Source of the DNA: a virus | Lineage: Duplodnaviria; Caudoviricetes | Length of the DNA: 50,212 bases | IMG/VR virus record: IMGVR_UViG_3300037048_000045 | Span: 1 to 50,212 of that record | Direction: 5' to 3' (one strand) | Shown: positions 20,149 through 29,105 of the stretch, in pieces | How the letters are laid out: each line of letters opens with the position of its first letter | Numbering within the stretch: position 1 is the first letter of the stretch | Position numbers and translations under genes: made by a program | The notes under the pieces: model-generated | Seen by the model: only the letters and a program-made list of their open reading frames with translations | Databases searched by the model: none | Told to the model about the DNA's origin: nothing

Positions 20149-21489
20149 ATGTCAAAGAAGAAGGTCCAAGCGGAAGAAAGGGCGATTGTCCCGGTCGTAT
20201 CGTTAATCAACAACCAAATCTTAACCACCAGCCTGAACGTCGCCGAGGTTTTCAACAAACCCCACCACAATGTTCTAAAGGCAGTCAGGGCGCTTGATAT
20301 CCCGTCAGAATTTAGCGAAGTAAATTTTCACGCCGCTAATTATACGGATTATCAAGGTAAACAACGACCCATGGTCAACCTCACCCGCGACGGGTTCACG
20401 CTTTTGGCAATGGGGTTCACGGGGCAGAAGGCATTTAAGTTCAAACTTGCCTACATCGAAACATTCAACCGGATGGAGGCGGAACTTCGACAGAAAGACA
20501 AGGCCGAACCCCGGGCCGCCATCGAATCCGCCCCGCCCGATCCCGCCCGGTTGGCCGAATCGCTCATGCAGGCGCTGATCGCGTCGCTTTCGGGCAGCCA
20601 TAACGACAAGATCGATGACCTGGGCTGCGAAATCGTCTCTCGCCTTGAAGACCTCTCCGGCCGGGTCGGCGACTTGACCGGCCAGGAAGACCTGACCCCC
20701 ATGCTGCATATCCTTAACAGCAACGTCTCGAACCTGAGGCGGCAAATGGTCAACATGCTTCCGAAAATTGCGATTCCCGACGATCTGGTCGAAGGCCTGC
20801 GAACGGTCGCCGCCAGGCTGACCGCCATCGCCGATCAGCAGGATAACAGGGACTTTGCCTTTCACGAACGGCTGCGCGCCCTGGAAATGCTTTTCCGCGG
20901 CGTCGAACTCAAGCAGGCCATGAACTTGATCGGTGATCAGCCGGGCGTGTGGGACTACATAGAGGGCAATACGCCGCCGTCGCTGCGCCACAAGTTCAAT
21001 ATGACGCTGGTGCCCAAGGCCGCCGGTTCAAGCATGCTGCTGCGGTTTATGAAAGAATGCCTGATCCCCGATCTGGATTCGCGGATTGAGCTGCAGCGAC
21101 TTTACCCCCTGTATTGCGCCTGGTGCTACGCCAACATGAATTCCCCGGTCACCCTCACGACCTACAAGAAACTGCTCAAGGAATTCGTGACTAAATTCCA
21201 GGGGATGCGCATCAAGATGGACAACTATGTGCAATACCTTCAGGGCGCCCAGGTCCGCATTCCCAGAAGCGCCCCGCCTGCGGGCAAGAACGCGGCTGCG
21301 TTGCCGGAGACAACGGCGGACCCGACCTTGAACGTTGAAGCATCCAACGAAACATTTGATCCCGGCGTCGCCCCTCAGACCACCGACCCGGCGACTGGCA
21401 GCATTGCCGAACCGCCCACCGCCGGACCGCAACCAAGAAGATTCAAGGACTTCGCCGTCCGGATTTTCGGCGGGAAAGGTGGGGAATAA
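20149..21489 (+). CDS. rha: Rha family regulator/antirepressor with extended C-terminus
   Basis: TTSLNVAEVFNKPHHNVL...LTRDGFTLLAMGFTG.KA.KFKLAYIETFNRME; AGGAGG RBS before ATG 20149. Confidence 0.88.
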   Translation: MSKKKVQAEERAIVPVVSLINNQILTTSLNVAEVFNKPHHNVLKAVRALDIPSEFSEVNFHAANYTDYQGKQRPMVNLTRDGFTLLAMGFTGQKAFKFKLAYIETFNRMEAELRQKDKAEPRAAIESAPPDPARLAESLMQALIASLSGSHNDKIDDLGCEIVSRLEDLSGRVGDLTGQEDLTPMLHILNSNVSNLRRQMVNMLPKIAIPDDLVEGLRTVAARLTAIADQQDNRDFAFHERLRALEMLFRGVELKQAMNLIGDQPGVWDYIEGNTPPSLRHKFNMTLVPKAAGSSMLLRFMKECLIPDLDSRIELQRLYPLYCAWCYANMNSPVTLTTYKKLLKEFVTKFQGMRIKMDNYVQYLQGAQVRIPRSAPPAGKNAAALPETTADPTLNVEASNETFDPGVAPQTTDPATGSIAEPPTAGPQPRRFKDFAVRIFGGKGGE

Positions 21490-21491
21490 CG

Positions 21492-21848
21492 ATGAAACAC
21501 AATAATTCTCCTCATGATTCCACCAGAACCGGTTCCGGCGCGATCCGCCATGGCAACGTCATCTATCCGGATTTCGGGACGAAACAAAAGCTCGTGGCCG
21601 ATCCCGCCTCGGAACAACTGCCGGTAGCCATCCCGGACATGGCGGCGATCATCGAATATGTCAAGGAGAGGATTGTCAGCCGCGGACTGGCCGCAAACGA
21701 TCCCATCTTCTGGAAATGCGCCGAGCACGCGCCGCGGATCAGCAGAAAAGCGCAGCCCTTGACTCTCGACACGCAGATCGGCTGGGCGATGTCGCAGGCA
21801 AACCGTTTTTACAGCAACCTCCGGCCGAGGAGGCAGGCCGCGCAATGA
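21492..21848 (+). CDS. Hypothetical protein
   Basis: Directly follows rha; contains NVIYPDF motif. Confidence 0.55.
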   Translation: MKHNNSPHDSTRTGSGAIRHGNVIYPDFGTKQKLVADPASEQLPVAIPDMAAIIEYVKERIVSRGLAANDPIFWKCAEHAPRISRKAQPLTLDTQIGWAMSQANRFYSNLRPRRQAAQ

Positions 21849-21880
21849 TGAGGCCGCTATCCCTGATTAAATATGGCCCT

Positions 21881-21988
21881 TGTCAAGAAATATTTCGGGT
21901 CTTTCCAGGTCAAATACTGACCGATGGTGGACGATGGTGTCGCCGCGAGGCGCGCGCGGCTTTTTTGCTGAAATACCGTGTTATATAG
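21881..21988 (+). promoter_or_regulatory. Putative late promoter element, copy 1 (upstream of tail operon)
   Basis: Ungapped 108-bp similarity to 44643-44750; palindrome GGTCA-AATAC-TGACC; extended -10-like TGTTATAT. Confidence 0.7.
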
Positions 21989-22144
21989 TGGCCATAAAGT
22001 GTCTGAAGATTAGCGGCATCCGAGACAGTCGCGTTTAACCGGCAAGTAGTTATAAGGACATGGTTATGTAGAACCCCGGACAACCCGCTGCAACTGAATA
22101 GCCTGAAGGACCTGATCATCCTCGTCGGGCGCTGAATTTGAGAA

Positions 22145-22183
22145 AAGCCCTGGTCGGCATTTGCGGACCGGGGCTTTTCTTTT
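22145..22183 (+). terminator. Hairpin plus T-tract in tail operon leader
   Basis: AAGCCCTGGTC...GACCGGGGCTT followed by TTCTTTT. Confidence 0.5.
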
Positions 22184-22218
22184 ACCACCCCAACAAAACT
22201 TACGAAAGGAGGTGCCAC

Positions 22219-22473
22219 ATGCCAATCAACAACCATACGATTTCATTTCCGTTTGCCCATTGCGACATGCAGATGGCCGTTGCCTACAACGCCGCCGGCG
22301 ATCCGGAGTACATCGGCCGAGCGCGGCCGAGCGCCCTGACTTCTGCCGCGGAATGGCAGATCGCCAAGGTGGGCTATGACGCCGGCCGCAACGTGACGTC
22401 GCTCAAATTCGCCGCAGGAACCAATGAATACAGCAAGGTGTGGGATGACAGAGCATCATACACGTACTCGTAA
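22219..22473 (+). CDS. Small phage hypothetical/structural protein
   Basis: AGGAGG RBS before ATG 22219; first gene of tail operon. Confidence 0.65.
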   Translation: MPINNHTISFPFAHCDMQMAVAYNAAGDPEYIGRARPSALTSAAEWQIAKVGYDAGRNVTSLKFAAGTNEYSKVWDDRASYTYS

Positions 22474-22488
22474 GGGGAGGACAGGATC

Positions 22489-24627
22489 ATGACAGTAAAA
22501 ATCAACCCCTTTACGGGGGGTATGCAAATTTCGGGATTAACGCGCGGGATCGCGCTGGCGGCAAAAACAGACAGCGGGATGACCGCGTCGGCAACGGAGA
22601 TCGTCTGCCCGGGCCTTTCGGGATACGGCGACGATTATTTCAACAATCATTTTTACATGCAGATTCTGGCGGCCCGGCACGAGCTGCTGACCATTGACGG
22701 CGCGCCTGCACCCGGCGATTTTGCCCCCGGCGCAACGCTTACCGGCGCAACCAGCGGCGAAACGTGCGAGGTGGTGGCCTGCCTGACCTCCACAACATAT
22801 CTGGTCAAGGATCGAAGCGGCGATTTCGACGACGGGGAAATCATCGAGGACGGCACCAACAGCATCAATTGCGGCGCGGGCTTCCCGACGTTCACGCCGG
22901 GGCAGGCGCCGGAACATGAAGTGCGCCTGATCACCGATTATGTCGGCGCAAGCGGCACGTTCGAGACCGATCCGTTTACTATAACGGTCGAGCCGGACTC
23001 CGAAATCATGGTGCTGCATGAATCCCTGGTCTCCCTGGGCCGGAACGACGCGGACAATGCTTTCGATTCGTCGGATGTCACAAAGAATCGCGACGGATCG
23101 ATCCTGGAGCGCACCGAGTTCATCATCGATGCGCTGATGGGCACACAGTTCCGGACCGAGCAGAGCCACGCGGCCTCCGTGGAGGAAAACGGCTTTCAGA
23201 TGTTTTCCGTCTCGCTGTTCGATCTGGACAGCGGCGCGATCCTGTCCGCTGACATTGGCATCGGCGCCATATCACAGGTGATGGAAAAGAGCAGCGGCGG
23301 CGCTGATTTTTCCTCCGCCGGGATCACGCAACCGACCTTTGCCAAGGCCGACGGCCGGGTCTATTGCTCCTACCAATTCGTATCGGCGCAGTGGCAGGTC
23401 GGCGATCTGTATCGTCTGACCGTCTCCGGGATTACGGCCGTGGTGGACGGCGAGACAGTATATTGCCCGGCCATGGTCTGGTCCAACGCCGTTTTGGAAG
23501 TCGGCAATATCGATACAAACGTCAAAACGATCATGTCCGAGCTGTCCGGCGCGGCCGGTGTTGCGACGTTTCCGCCGGCGGCGGATCCGGGCGACGGCGT
23601 CAGCCTGGCCGAGGTCATCCGCGCGATTGTAACATCCTTGACGGGCGGCGATGATTACGACGGCTACACGAACATCAACAATTCCGCGAACGCCTCCATC
23701 AACGCGATCGCGCAGAAATTCGCCGTGCTGCTGGCGGCCGACGGCGCGAATGTTTTCGATCCGGCCATGTTCGGCGGCGCACAGGCCACGATCGAGGCGG
23801 CCTTTGCCGCCATCGGCTCGGCCCTGGGCGTAGAGTATGACGGCACGCCGAGTCTGTATGCCACCGTCAAGGCCGTTCAGACGGTCCCGGTGGACGGCAC
23901 GACGCCGCCGGTCGCTAACACACTGTCGGACATTCTGCACAAGGACGGCAGTTTCACGTTCGACAATACTACGGATTCGCTGGAAGCCCTTTCCGACGCG
24001 ATTTCGGAAGGAAGTCTTCAGATCGAGGCGGATGCGGGTTCTACCGCCAGCGCCATCATCGATGCGGCGGCTCTGACCCAGGCCACCAATGACTGGTGGA
24101 AGGGCGCGCTTCTGCTCTCCATTAACGGGAACAATTCCGGTCAGGCCCGCCCGATTGTCGGGTTCGACGCAGCCACGGATACCATAGCCGTGTCGCCTCC
24201 GTTTTTGGCTGCGCCAACTGCCGGGGATGATTTCCTGGTGATCAGCGGGTGGAAGATGCCGGAGTGGGCGCCCATGCCAGCCGTGGCTGTCAATGTCACA
24301 GCCGTTGTCTCTCCGGGCGTGGACGTGATTGACCTGAAAGATGCGGACCTCAAGGAGACCTACCGGCTGAATAACGTCCGGTTCAAGTTTGCCGATCCAG
24401 GGGCCAACACGATCACGATCACCCTGTCCGAGCTGATCAATGATGTTGCCGTTGCAGTGGATACGTTCGTTGTGACGACCGACAATTTTGGGGACTACCA
24501 CAGCTTGATGGATATGTTTGGCATCCCTCATATCACGGGCGATGCCATCTTGATCAATGCAATGACGTCCGCGGGTAGTTATGCGCTAACCGGGCAATAT
24601 CAATATGATATCAGCTACAACGCATAG
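22489..24627 (+). CDS. Virion structural/tail protein
   Basis: 712 aa, acidic Ala/Gly/Thr-rich; carries shared 71-aa module at 22681-22893. Confidence 0.65.
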   Translation: MTVKINPFTGGMQISGLTRGIALAAKTDSGMTASATEIVCPGLSGYGDDYFNNHFYMQILAARHELLTIDGAPAPGDFAPGATLTGATSGETCEVVACLTSTTYLVKDRSGDFDDGEIIEDGTNSINCGAGFPTFTPGQAPEHEVRLITDYVGASGTFETDPFTITVEPDSEIMVLHESLVSLGRNDADNAFDSSDVTKNRDGSILERTEFIIDALMGTQFRTEQSHAASVEENGFQMFSVSLFDLDSGAILSADIGIGAISQVMEKSSGGADFSSAGITQPTFAKADGRVYCSYQFVSAQWQVGDLYRLTVSGITAVVDGETVYCPAMVWSNAVLEVGNIDTNVKTIMSELSGAAGVATFPPAADPGDGVSLAEVIRAIVTSLTGGDDYDGYTNINNSANASINAIAQKFAVLLAADGANVFDPAMFGGAQATIEAAFAAIGSALGVEYDGTPSLYATVKAVQTVPVDGTTPPVANTLSDILHKDGSFTFDNTTDSLEALSDAISEGSLQIEADAGSTASAIIDAAALTQATNDWWKGALLLSINGNNSGQARPIVGFDAATDTIAVSPPFLAAPTAGDDFLVISGWKMPEWAPMPAVAVNVTAVVSPGVDVIDLKDADLKETYRLNNVRFKFADPGANTITITLSELINDVAVAVDTFVVTTDNFGDYHSLMDMFGIPHITGDAILINAMTSAGSYALTGQYQYDISYNA

Positions 24628-24635
24628 GTGAGAAG

Positions 24636-25331
24636 ATGAGCCAACTTATAGTTACACCATCACTTGATGGGCATGTAGGACTCGCCAACGGCAACAGCAC
24701 CTGGCACAATGTCGTAACGGGCGCAGGAACGATAGCTTCTTATGCGAGCAGGTACGATAACATTCTCAAGGTGTATTCCGACACTTTAACAGAGAACTTT
24801 TGGGACGAACTGTGTCGGGGTGTCATGCTGTTCAACACGGCTGGTCTGCCGGATGACGCCGTGATCATCTCTGCCGCTCTATCACTCTATATCACCCACA
24901 AGTACGATAATGGTGGCTTTGCACCCGACCTGTGCCTCTATCCGGTGACTCCGGCATCCGACGTCGCTCTGGTGGCTGCTGACTTTAGCACCTTCGGGAC
25001 CACCGAGCTATCGGACAAACTCACTTATGCGGGGATGACAAAGGATGCCTGGAATGCCTTCACCCTCAACGCGGCAGGGCTGGCGGCTGTCAGCAAGACG
25101 GGAATGTCAAGGTTTGGGATTCGCAACGCCTCTTATGATGTGGCCGATGAATTAGACCCGGGTAATCACAATCCTATTTGGGCGTCAGGAGGCAAACAAG
25201 CTTATATCTTTTGCTTTTTCAGGAGCGAGGCGGGTTATTCGCCCTATCTGACCATTGATTACACAACGTCTGGTGGGGTGGCTACGGGTACCGGTGCGCA
25301 CAAAGCGGCAAGAATGTTTCAGAGGATGTAA
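24636..25331 (+). CDS. Putative tail-associated carbohydrate-binding-like protein
   Basis: RGVMLFNTAGLPDDAVIISAALSLY...PYLTIDY pattern; lies in tail operon. Confidence 0.5.
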   Translation: MSQLIVTPSLDGHVGLANGNSTWHNVVTGAGTIASYASRYDNILKVYSDTLTENFWDELCRGVMLFNTAGLPDDAVIISAALSLYITHKYDNGGFAPDLCLYPVTPASDVALVAADFSTFGTTELSDKLTYAGMTKDAWNAFTLNAAGLAAVSKTGMSRFGIRNASYDVADELDPGNHNPIWASGGKQAYIFCFFRSEAGYSPYLTIDYTTSGGVATGTGAHKAARMFQRM

Positions 25332-25386
25332 CTGAACGGTCAGGGCGAGCGCCTAACGGCTCGGAGGTGGAGGACAGGAGGGCACA

Positions 25387-25887
25387 ATGAATTTCAGAGA
25401 TACGATTGGATTTGCAAGGGAATCGGCGGCTACCGGGGCAGTTTCGGCGGCGAAGTCGCTCCTGGCTTACGTCAAGCAGCTTGTCACGCAGATGCTTACC
25501 GGCGCCGGCGTGGTTCAGATTGCCGCCACGACTGAGGATTTACAGCAGGCCGCGGCGGCTTACGACCTGTTTACGGGAACGACCCAGGATGTCGTTGTTG
25601 AACGGCTGGTCTTCCGGCTGCCCGACGTGGATGTATCAGATGACGCGACCATCACATCGATCAGCATTCAGACGGACGATGCGACGCCCCAGGTCTTGAT
25701 TTCCTCCGCCCTGGGAGCCAAGGCGAATCTGACGGCAGAGGCGCAGCTATACTGGACGGGCTGCGTGCTGCTCAAGGCCGGGAAGAAGATTCAACTGACG
25801 ATTGCAGGCGGCGCGGCGGATGCCCCGACCGTGTCTGATGTGGTTGCCGAGTATCGCGCCGTGATCGGCGGCGGCTATCTGGCCTAA
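25387..25887 (+). CDS. Putative structural protein
   Basis: AGGAGG RBS, beta-rich, tail operon. Confidence 0.55.
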   Translation: MNFRDTIGFARESAATGAVSAAKSLLAYVKQLVTQMLTGAGVVQIAATTEDLQQAAAAYDLFTGTTQDVVVERLVFRLPDVDVSDDATITSISIQTDDATPQVLISSALGAKANLTAEAQLYWTGCVLLKAGKKIQLTIAGGAADAPTVSDVVAEYRAVIGGGYLA

Positions 25888-25914
25888 AAATAAAAGAAAA
25901 GGAGGGTGCGGCAC

Positions 25915-26067
25915 ATGGCGAACGGAATAAACGGCCAGGAGATCCTGGATAAACCCCGGATCACAAACGAAGCGGATAAAACGCTGTCCGGCACGCCGAA
26001 AATCGTCACTGTCAAGGATGACGCCGGCGCGGAGTATTATCAGAAATTTTATCCGGCAAAAGCATAA
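25915..26067 (+). CDS. Small hypothetical protein (50 aa, not in ORF track)
   Basis: AGGAGG RBS; MANGINGQEILDKPRITNEADK...YPAKA. Confidence 0.55.
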   Translation: MANGINGQEILDKPRITNEADKTLSGTPKIVTVKDDAGAEYYQKFYPAKA

Positions 26068-26097
26068 CAAACACAAACAACGGAAAGGAGAAAAGAC

Positions 26098-26376
26098 ATG
26101 CGCGGATACCCAAAATACGTTGCCACCCGGCAGGATTTCATCAACCTGCTGGAGGCAGAGGAGTTCCGGTCGCAGGCACTGGCGGACCTGACGGCGGTTT
26201 ATGAACTCGACGACGCCCTGGCCACCAGGGCCGTGGACCTGATCGATCCGGAGAACCCGGAGGCCGGCTGGAACATGGAGGAAATCGAAAATCCGATGCC
26301 GAGATGGAAGCAGCTCGGCTTTGAGTCCCGTGAGGCCGTCGCGGACCTGATCATCGACAACGGCGGGGAGGTGTAA
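26098..26376 (+). CDS. Hypothetical protein upstream of DGR target
   Basis: AGGAG RBS, 92 aa, operonic. Confidence 0.65.
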   Translation: MRGYPKYVATRQDFINLLEAEEFRSQALADLTAVYELDDALATRAVDLIDPENPEAGWNMEEIENPMPRWKQLGFESREAVADLIIDNGGEV

Positions 26377-26378
26377 TC

Positions 26379-27656
26379 ATGGCGAATCGAAGCGTGACAA
26401 AAGACGTATCGGACAACATTATCGCGGCAGCGGTGCTTTCATCGTTCTGGGGCGACAAAATTCAGCTTCTGGTCGAGGCGCATGCCAGCGACAAAACAAA
26501 AGTCACCGTCAACAAGGGCGGGTATTACATTCCGCTGTTGATCGGGGATGCTTTTTTTCTGATCGACACGGCGACGCATGTATCGTCTGTTGACGACATC
26601 GACACCGGCGCAGTGGCCGCCGGCAGGGATTACAACATCTATGCCTGCAACAATTCCGGGACGCTTGTTCTCAAGACGTCCCTGGCATCGACGTTCCCCA
26701 GCGGCTACGACGCCACCACATCCCGCAAAATCGGCGGATTCCATACCCTGTGCGCGGATGTCGGGACGATCAGCGGGCACACCCTGACCGGCTACGTGAA
26801 TAAGGAAATCCTGCCCGCGTCGATCTGGGATCTCAAGCACCGCGCCCGCTGCGGCAACAACGCGGGAATGGTCTTTGACAGCAAATCCCGGATCTGGGTG
26901 GATATTTACCTGGCGAGCGGCACCGGGGCCTCCACGGTATCGGTCAACGGCGGGACGATCAGCGACACCCGCACCTGGCTGGATTTTGTGGATGACGGCG
27001 GCGCGGTGGGCAAACGGCTGCTGACGGATACGGAATTCCAGCATATCGCCCTGGGCACCATCGAAGAAGCGCATATGTGGAATTACAGTGATCCCGTTAC
27101 CACGGGCGGAAAAAGCTCATACGGGCTGCTGACCCTCCATGCCGCGCCTGCGCCAGCGGAATGGTCTGCGGGAGCGACAATCACGGGCGTCACCTCAACC
27201 AAGACGGCGACCGTGGTGGCCAAGATCACGGGCACGACCTATGTGATCAAAAACATCACCGTCGCAAACTTCACCGCCGGCGAGAACATCACCGATGGCA
27301 CCAACCTGGCAACGGGCAATGCCGGATTTCCGACGCTGGCCGCATACAGCGGGAATCCCTCCGGCAGGAAAATCAGCAACATCGGCTGCGAGGACTGCGC
27401 CGGGGCTATGTCGCAGTGGCTGCTAACACCCGCGGCCAGGCTGGACGATAGCACCACCGCCGGATGGTACGATCTGCCCGGCGTCAAAGGATCGTTCTAC
27501 ACCTACGGCACGAACAAGTATGGCAACACACAGCTCTTCGCGGGCGGCGTTTGGGATAATGCGTCGTATGCCGGTTCGCGGTGCCGTTCTGCGTATAGCT
27601 ATCGCTGGACTGCGAGTTCCACTATCGGGGCGCGCTTCTCGTCGGAGCCATTATAA
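26379..27656 (+). CDS. DGR target 1: Mtd-like receptor-binding protein with C-terminal CLec/FGE-type fold
   Basis: WVDIYL, ISNIGCEDCAG..QW, AGGVW...SRCRS...IGARF; 3' end contains VR1. Confidence 0.9.
   Translation: MANRSVTKDVSDNIIAAAVLSSFWGDKIQLLVEAHASDKTKVTVNKGGYYIPLLIGDAFFLIDTATHVSSVDDIDTGAVAAGRDYNIYACNNSGTLVLKTSLASTFPSGYDATTSRKIGGFHTLCADVGTISGHTLTGYVNKEILPASIWDLKHRARCGNNAGMVFDSKSRIWVDIYLASGTGASTVSVNGGTISDTRTWLDFVDDGGAVGKRLLTDTEFQHIALGTIEEAHMWNYSDPVTTGGKSSYGLLTLHAAPAPAEWSAGATITGVTSTKTATVVAKITGTTYVIKNITVANFTAGENITDGTNLATGNAGFPTLAAYSGNPSGRKISNIGCEDCAGAMSQWLLTPAARLDDSTTAGWYDLPGVKGSFYTYGTNKYGNTQLFAGGVWDNASYAGSRCRSAYSYRWTASSTIGARFSSEPL
27533..27646 (+). repeat. DGR variable region VR1
   Basis: 114-bp ungapped match to TR 27762-27875; 14 mismatches, all at TR adenines. 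Confidence 0.97.
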
Positions 27657-27755
27657 CGAGTGCGTTGCGAGAACACGAGTAAACGCGGGCGCGTGACGCG
27701 TCCGATGATTTTGGGGTCAGCAACAGCTCTCCCCGGAAAGGCTGAGGGGTCAGGA

Positions 27756-27875
27756 TGAGGCGCTCATCGCGGGCGGCAATTGGAATAATGCGACGAATGC
27801 CGGTTCGCGGTGCCGTAATGCGAATAACTATCGCTGGAATACGAATTCCAATATCGGGGCGCGCTTCTCGTCGGA
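27756..27875 (+). repeat. DGR template repeat TR
   Basis: 10 AAY codons in the target frame; matches VR1 and VR2 except at adenines; continues TCGGA-TAC versus TCGGA-GCC in both VRs (IMH*/IMH-like). Confidence 0.97.
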
Positions 27876-28010
27876 TACAGGACAGCGGCAACTCCACCTG
27901 GCTGGATCCCTCGGCCTTGTTCCCGGCGCAGGCCGGGAGCAAAACACATAACGGAGGCTGCCGGCAGTCAGTAGCGAATCCGCGAACGCTGTCGGCAGCA
28001 TATTAAAACA

Positions 28011-29105
28011 ATGAAGAGACACGGCAACTTATACGTGAAGATCACCGATCCCGAAAACATCCGCCAAGCCTACCGCGAGGCCCGCCGGGGCAAATCCCGG
28101 CTGAAAATAGTGCATTGGTGCGCGGAGAATCTGGATATGGTCACGGAAACCATCCGCCGGCGGCTGACCGACAAAACCTACAAGACAGCGCCTTACAGCA
28201 CGATGTTCATCCACGAACCAAAAACCAGAGAGATCTTCAAGCTCCCCTTTTATCCGGACAGGATCATCCATCATGCCCTGATGCGCGTGGTGGAGCCGAT
28301 CTGGAACGGGCTTTTTTTTCATGATTCGCACGCTTGCCGCAAGGGCAAGGGCATCCACGCGGGCAGTCGCAAGACGATGGAATACGTCCGGCGGTATCGT
28401 TACTGCCTGAAAATGGACATCTCCAAATTTTACCCGTCCGTCGATCACGACATCCTTTATGACATCGTCAAACACAAAATCAAATGCCGGGATACGCTGT
28501 GGCTGATCCATGAAATCATTTACAGCGCCGGCGGCGGAAAAAATGTGCCGATCGGCAATTATACCAGCCAATGGCTGGGGAACCTTTACATGAACGAGCT
28601 GGACAACTACCTGAAGCAAGACCTCAAGGTCCGGGCGTACGTGCGATATTGCGACGATTTCTGCGTTTTCCACAACGACAAGCGATACCTGGGTGCGCTG
28701 GCGGAAAACATCAAGTTTTTTCTGGCCGCACGACTCAAATTGACCCTGAGCAAGTGCGACCTTTTTCCGGTATCCCGCGGCGTTGATTTCCTGGGCTACC
28801 GCCATTTCCCCGATTATGTGCTGCTGCGCAAATCAACAGCGACCCGCATCAAACGCCGGCTGCGCACGTTGCCGTTGCTGCTGGCGAAACAAACCATCAC
28901 GCCCGATCAATACCGATCCACGCTGGCATCGATCTCCGGCTGGCTCCGCTGGGCAAATACCCGGCACCTGCAGTTGACGCTCGACATGAAAAAACTCAGT
29001 GAGGTTGCGGCAAATGGAAACGGAAGAAACAACGAGGGAGCCCCGACGATTCAGGGATTTCGCGAAGGACCATGTGCCCCTGGATGGCGCCAAGCTCAAA
29101 ATTGA
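28011..29105 (+). CDS. DGR reverse transcriptase
   Basis: MKRHGNLY N-terminus, PFYPDRIIHHAL, KMDISKFYPS, PIGNYTSQ, YVRYCDDF, DFLGY; adjacent to TR. Confidence 0.97.
   Translation: MKRHGNLYVKITDPENIRQAYREARRGKSRLKIVHWCAENLDMVTETIRRRLTDKTYKTAPYSTMFIHEPKTREIFKLPFYPDRIIHHALMRVVEPIWNGLFFHDSHACRKGKGIHAGSRKTMEYVRRYRYCLKMDISKFYPSVDHDILYDIVKHKIKCRDTLWLIHEIIYSAGGGKNVPIGNYTSQWLGNLYMNELDNYLKQDLKVRAYVRYCDDFCVFHNDKRYLGALAENIKFFLAARLKLTLSKCDLFPVSRGVDFLGYRHFPDYVLLRKSTATRIKRRLRTLPLLLAKQTITPDQYRSTLASISGWLRWANTRHLQLTLDMKKLSEVAANGNGRNNEGAPTIQGFREGPCAPGWRQAQN

Noticed and set aside
21945-21970. Sigma54 promoter in the duplicated element
   Set aside because: GG-to-GC spacing does not fit -24/-12 and is not conserved in the second copy
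26098-26376. Avd homologue
   Set aside because: Short and acidic, with no recognisable Avd pattern; lies upstream of the target among structural genes; not formally excluded without an HMM search
27755-28006. 83-aa ORF over TR
   Set aside because: Off-frame reading of the non-coding template repeat and spacer
28011-29105. Group II intron, retron or Abi RT
   Set aside because: The adjacent TR/VR pairs with adenine-only mismatches and the GNYTSQ motif indicate a DGR
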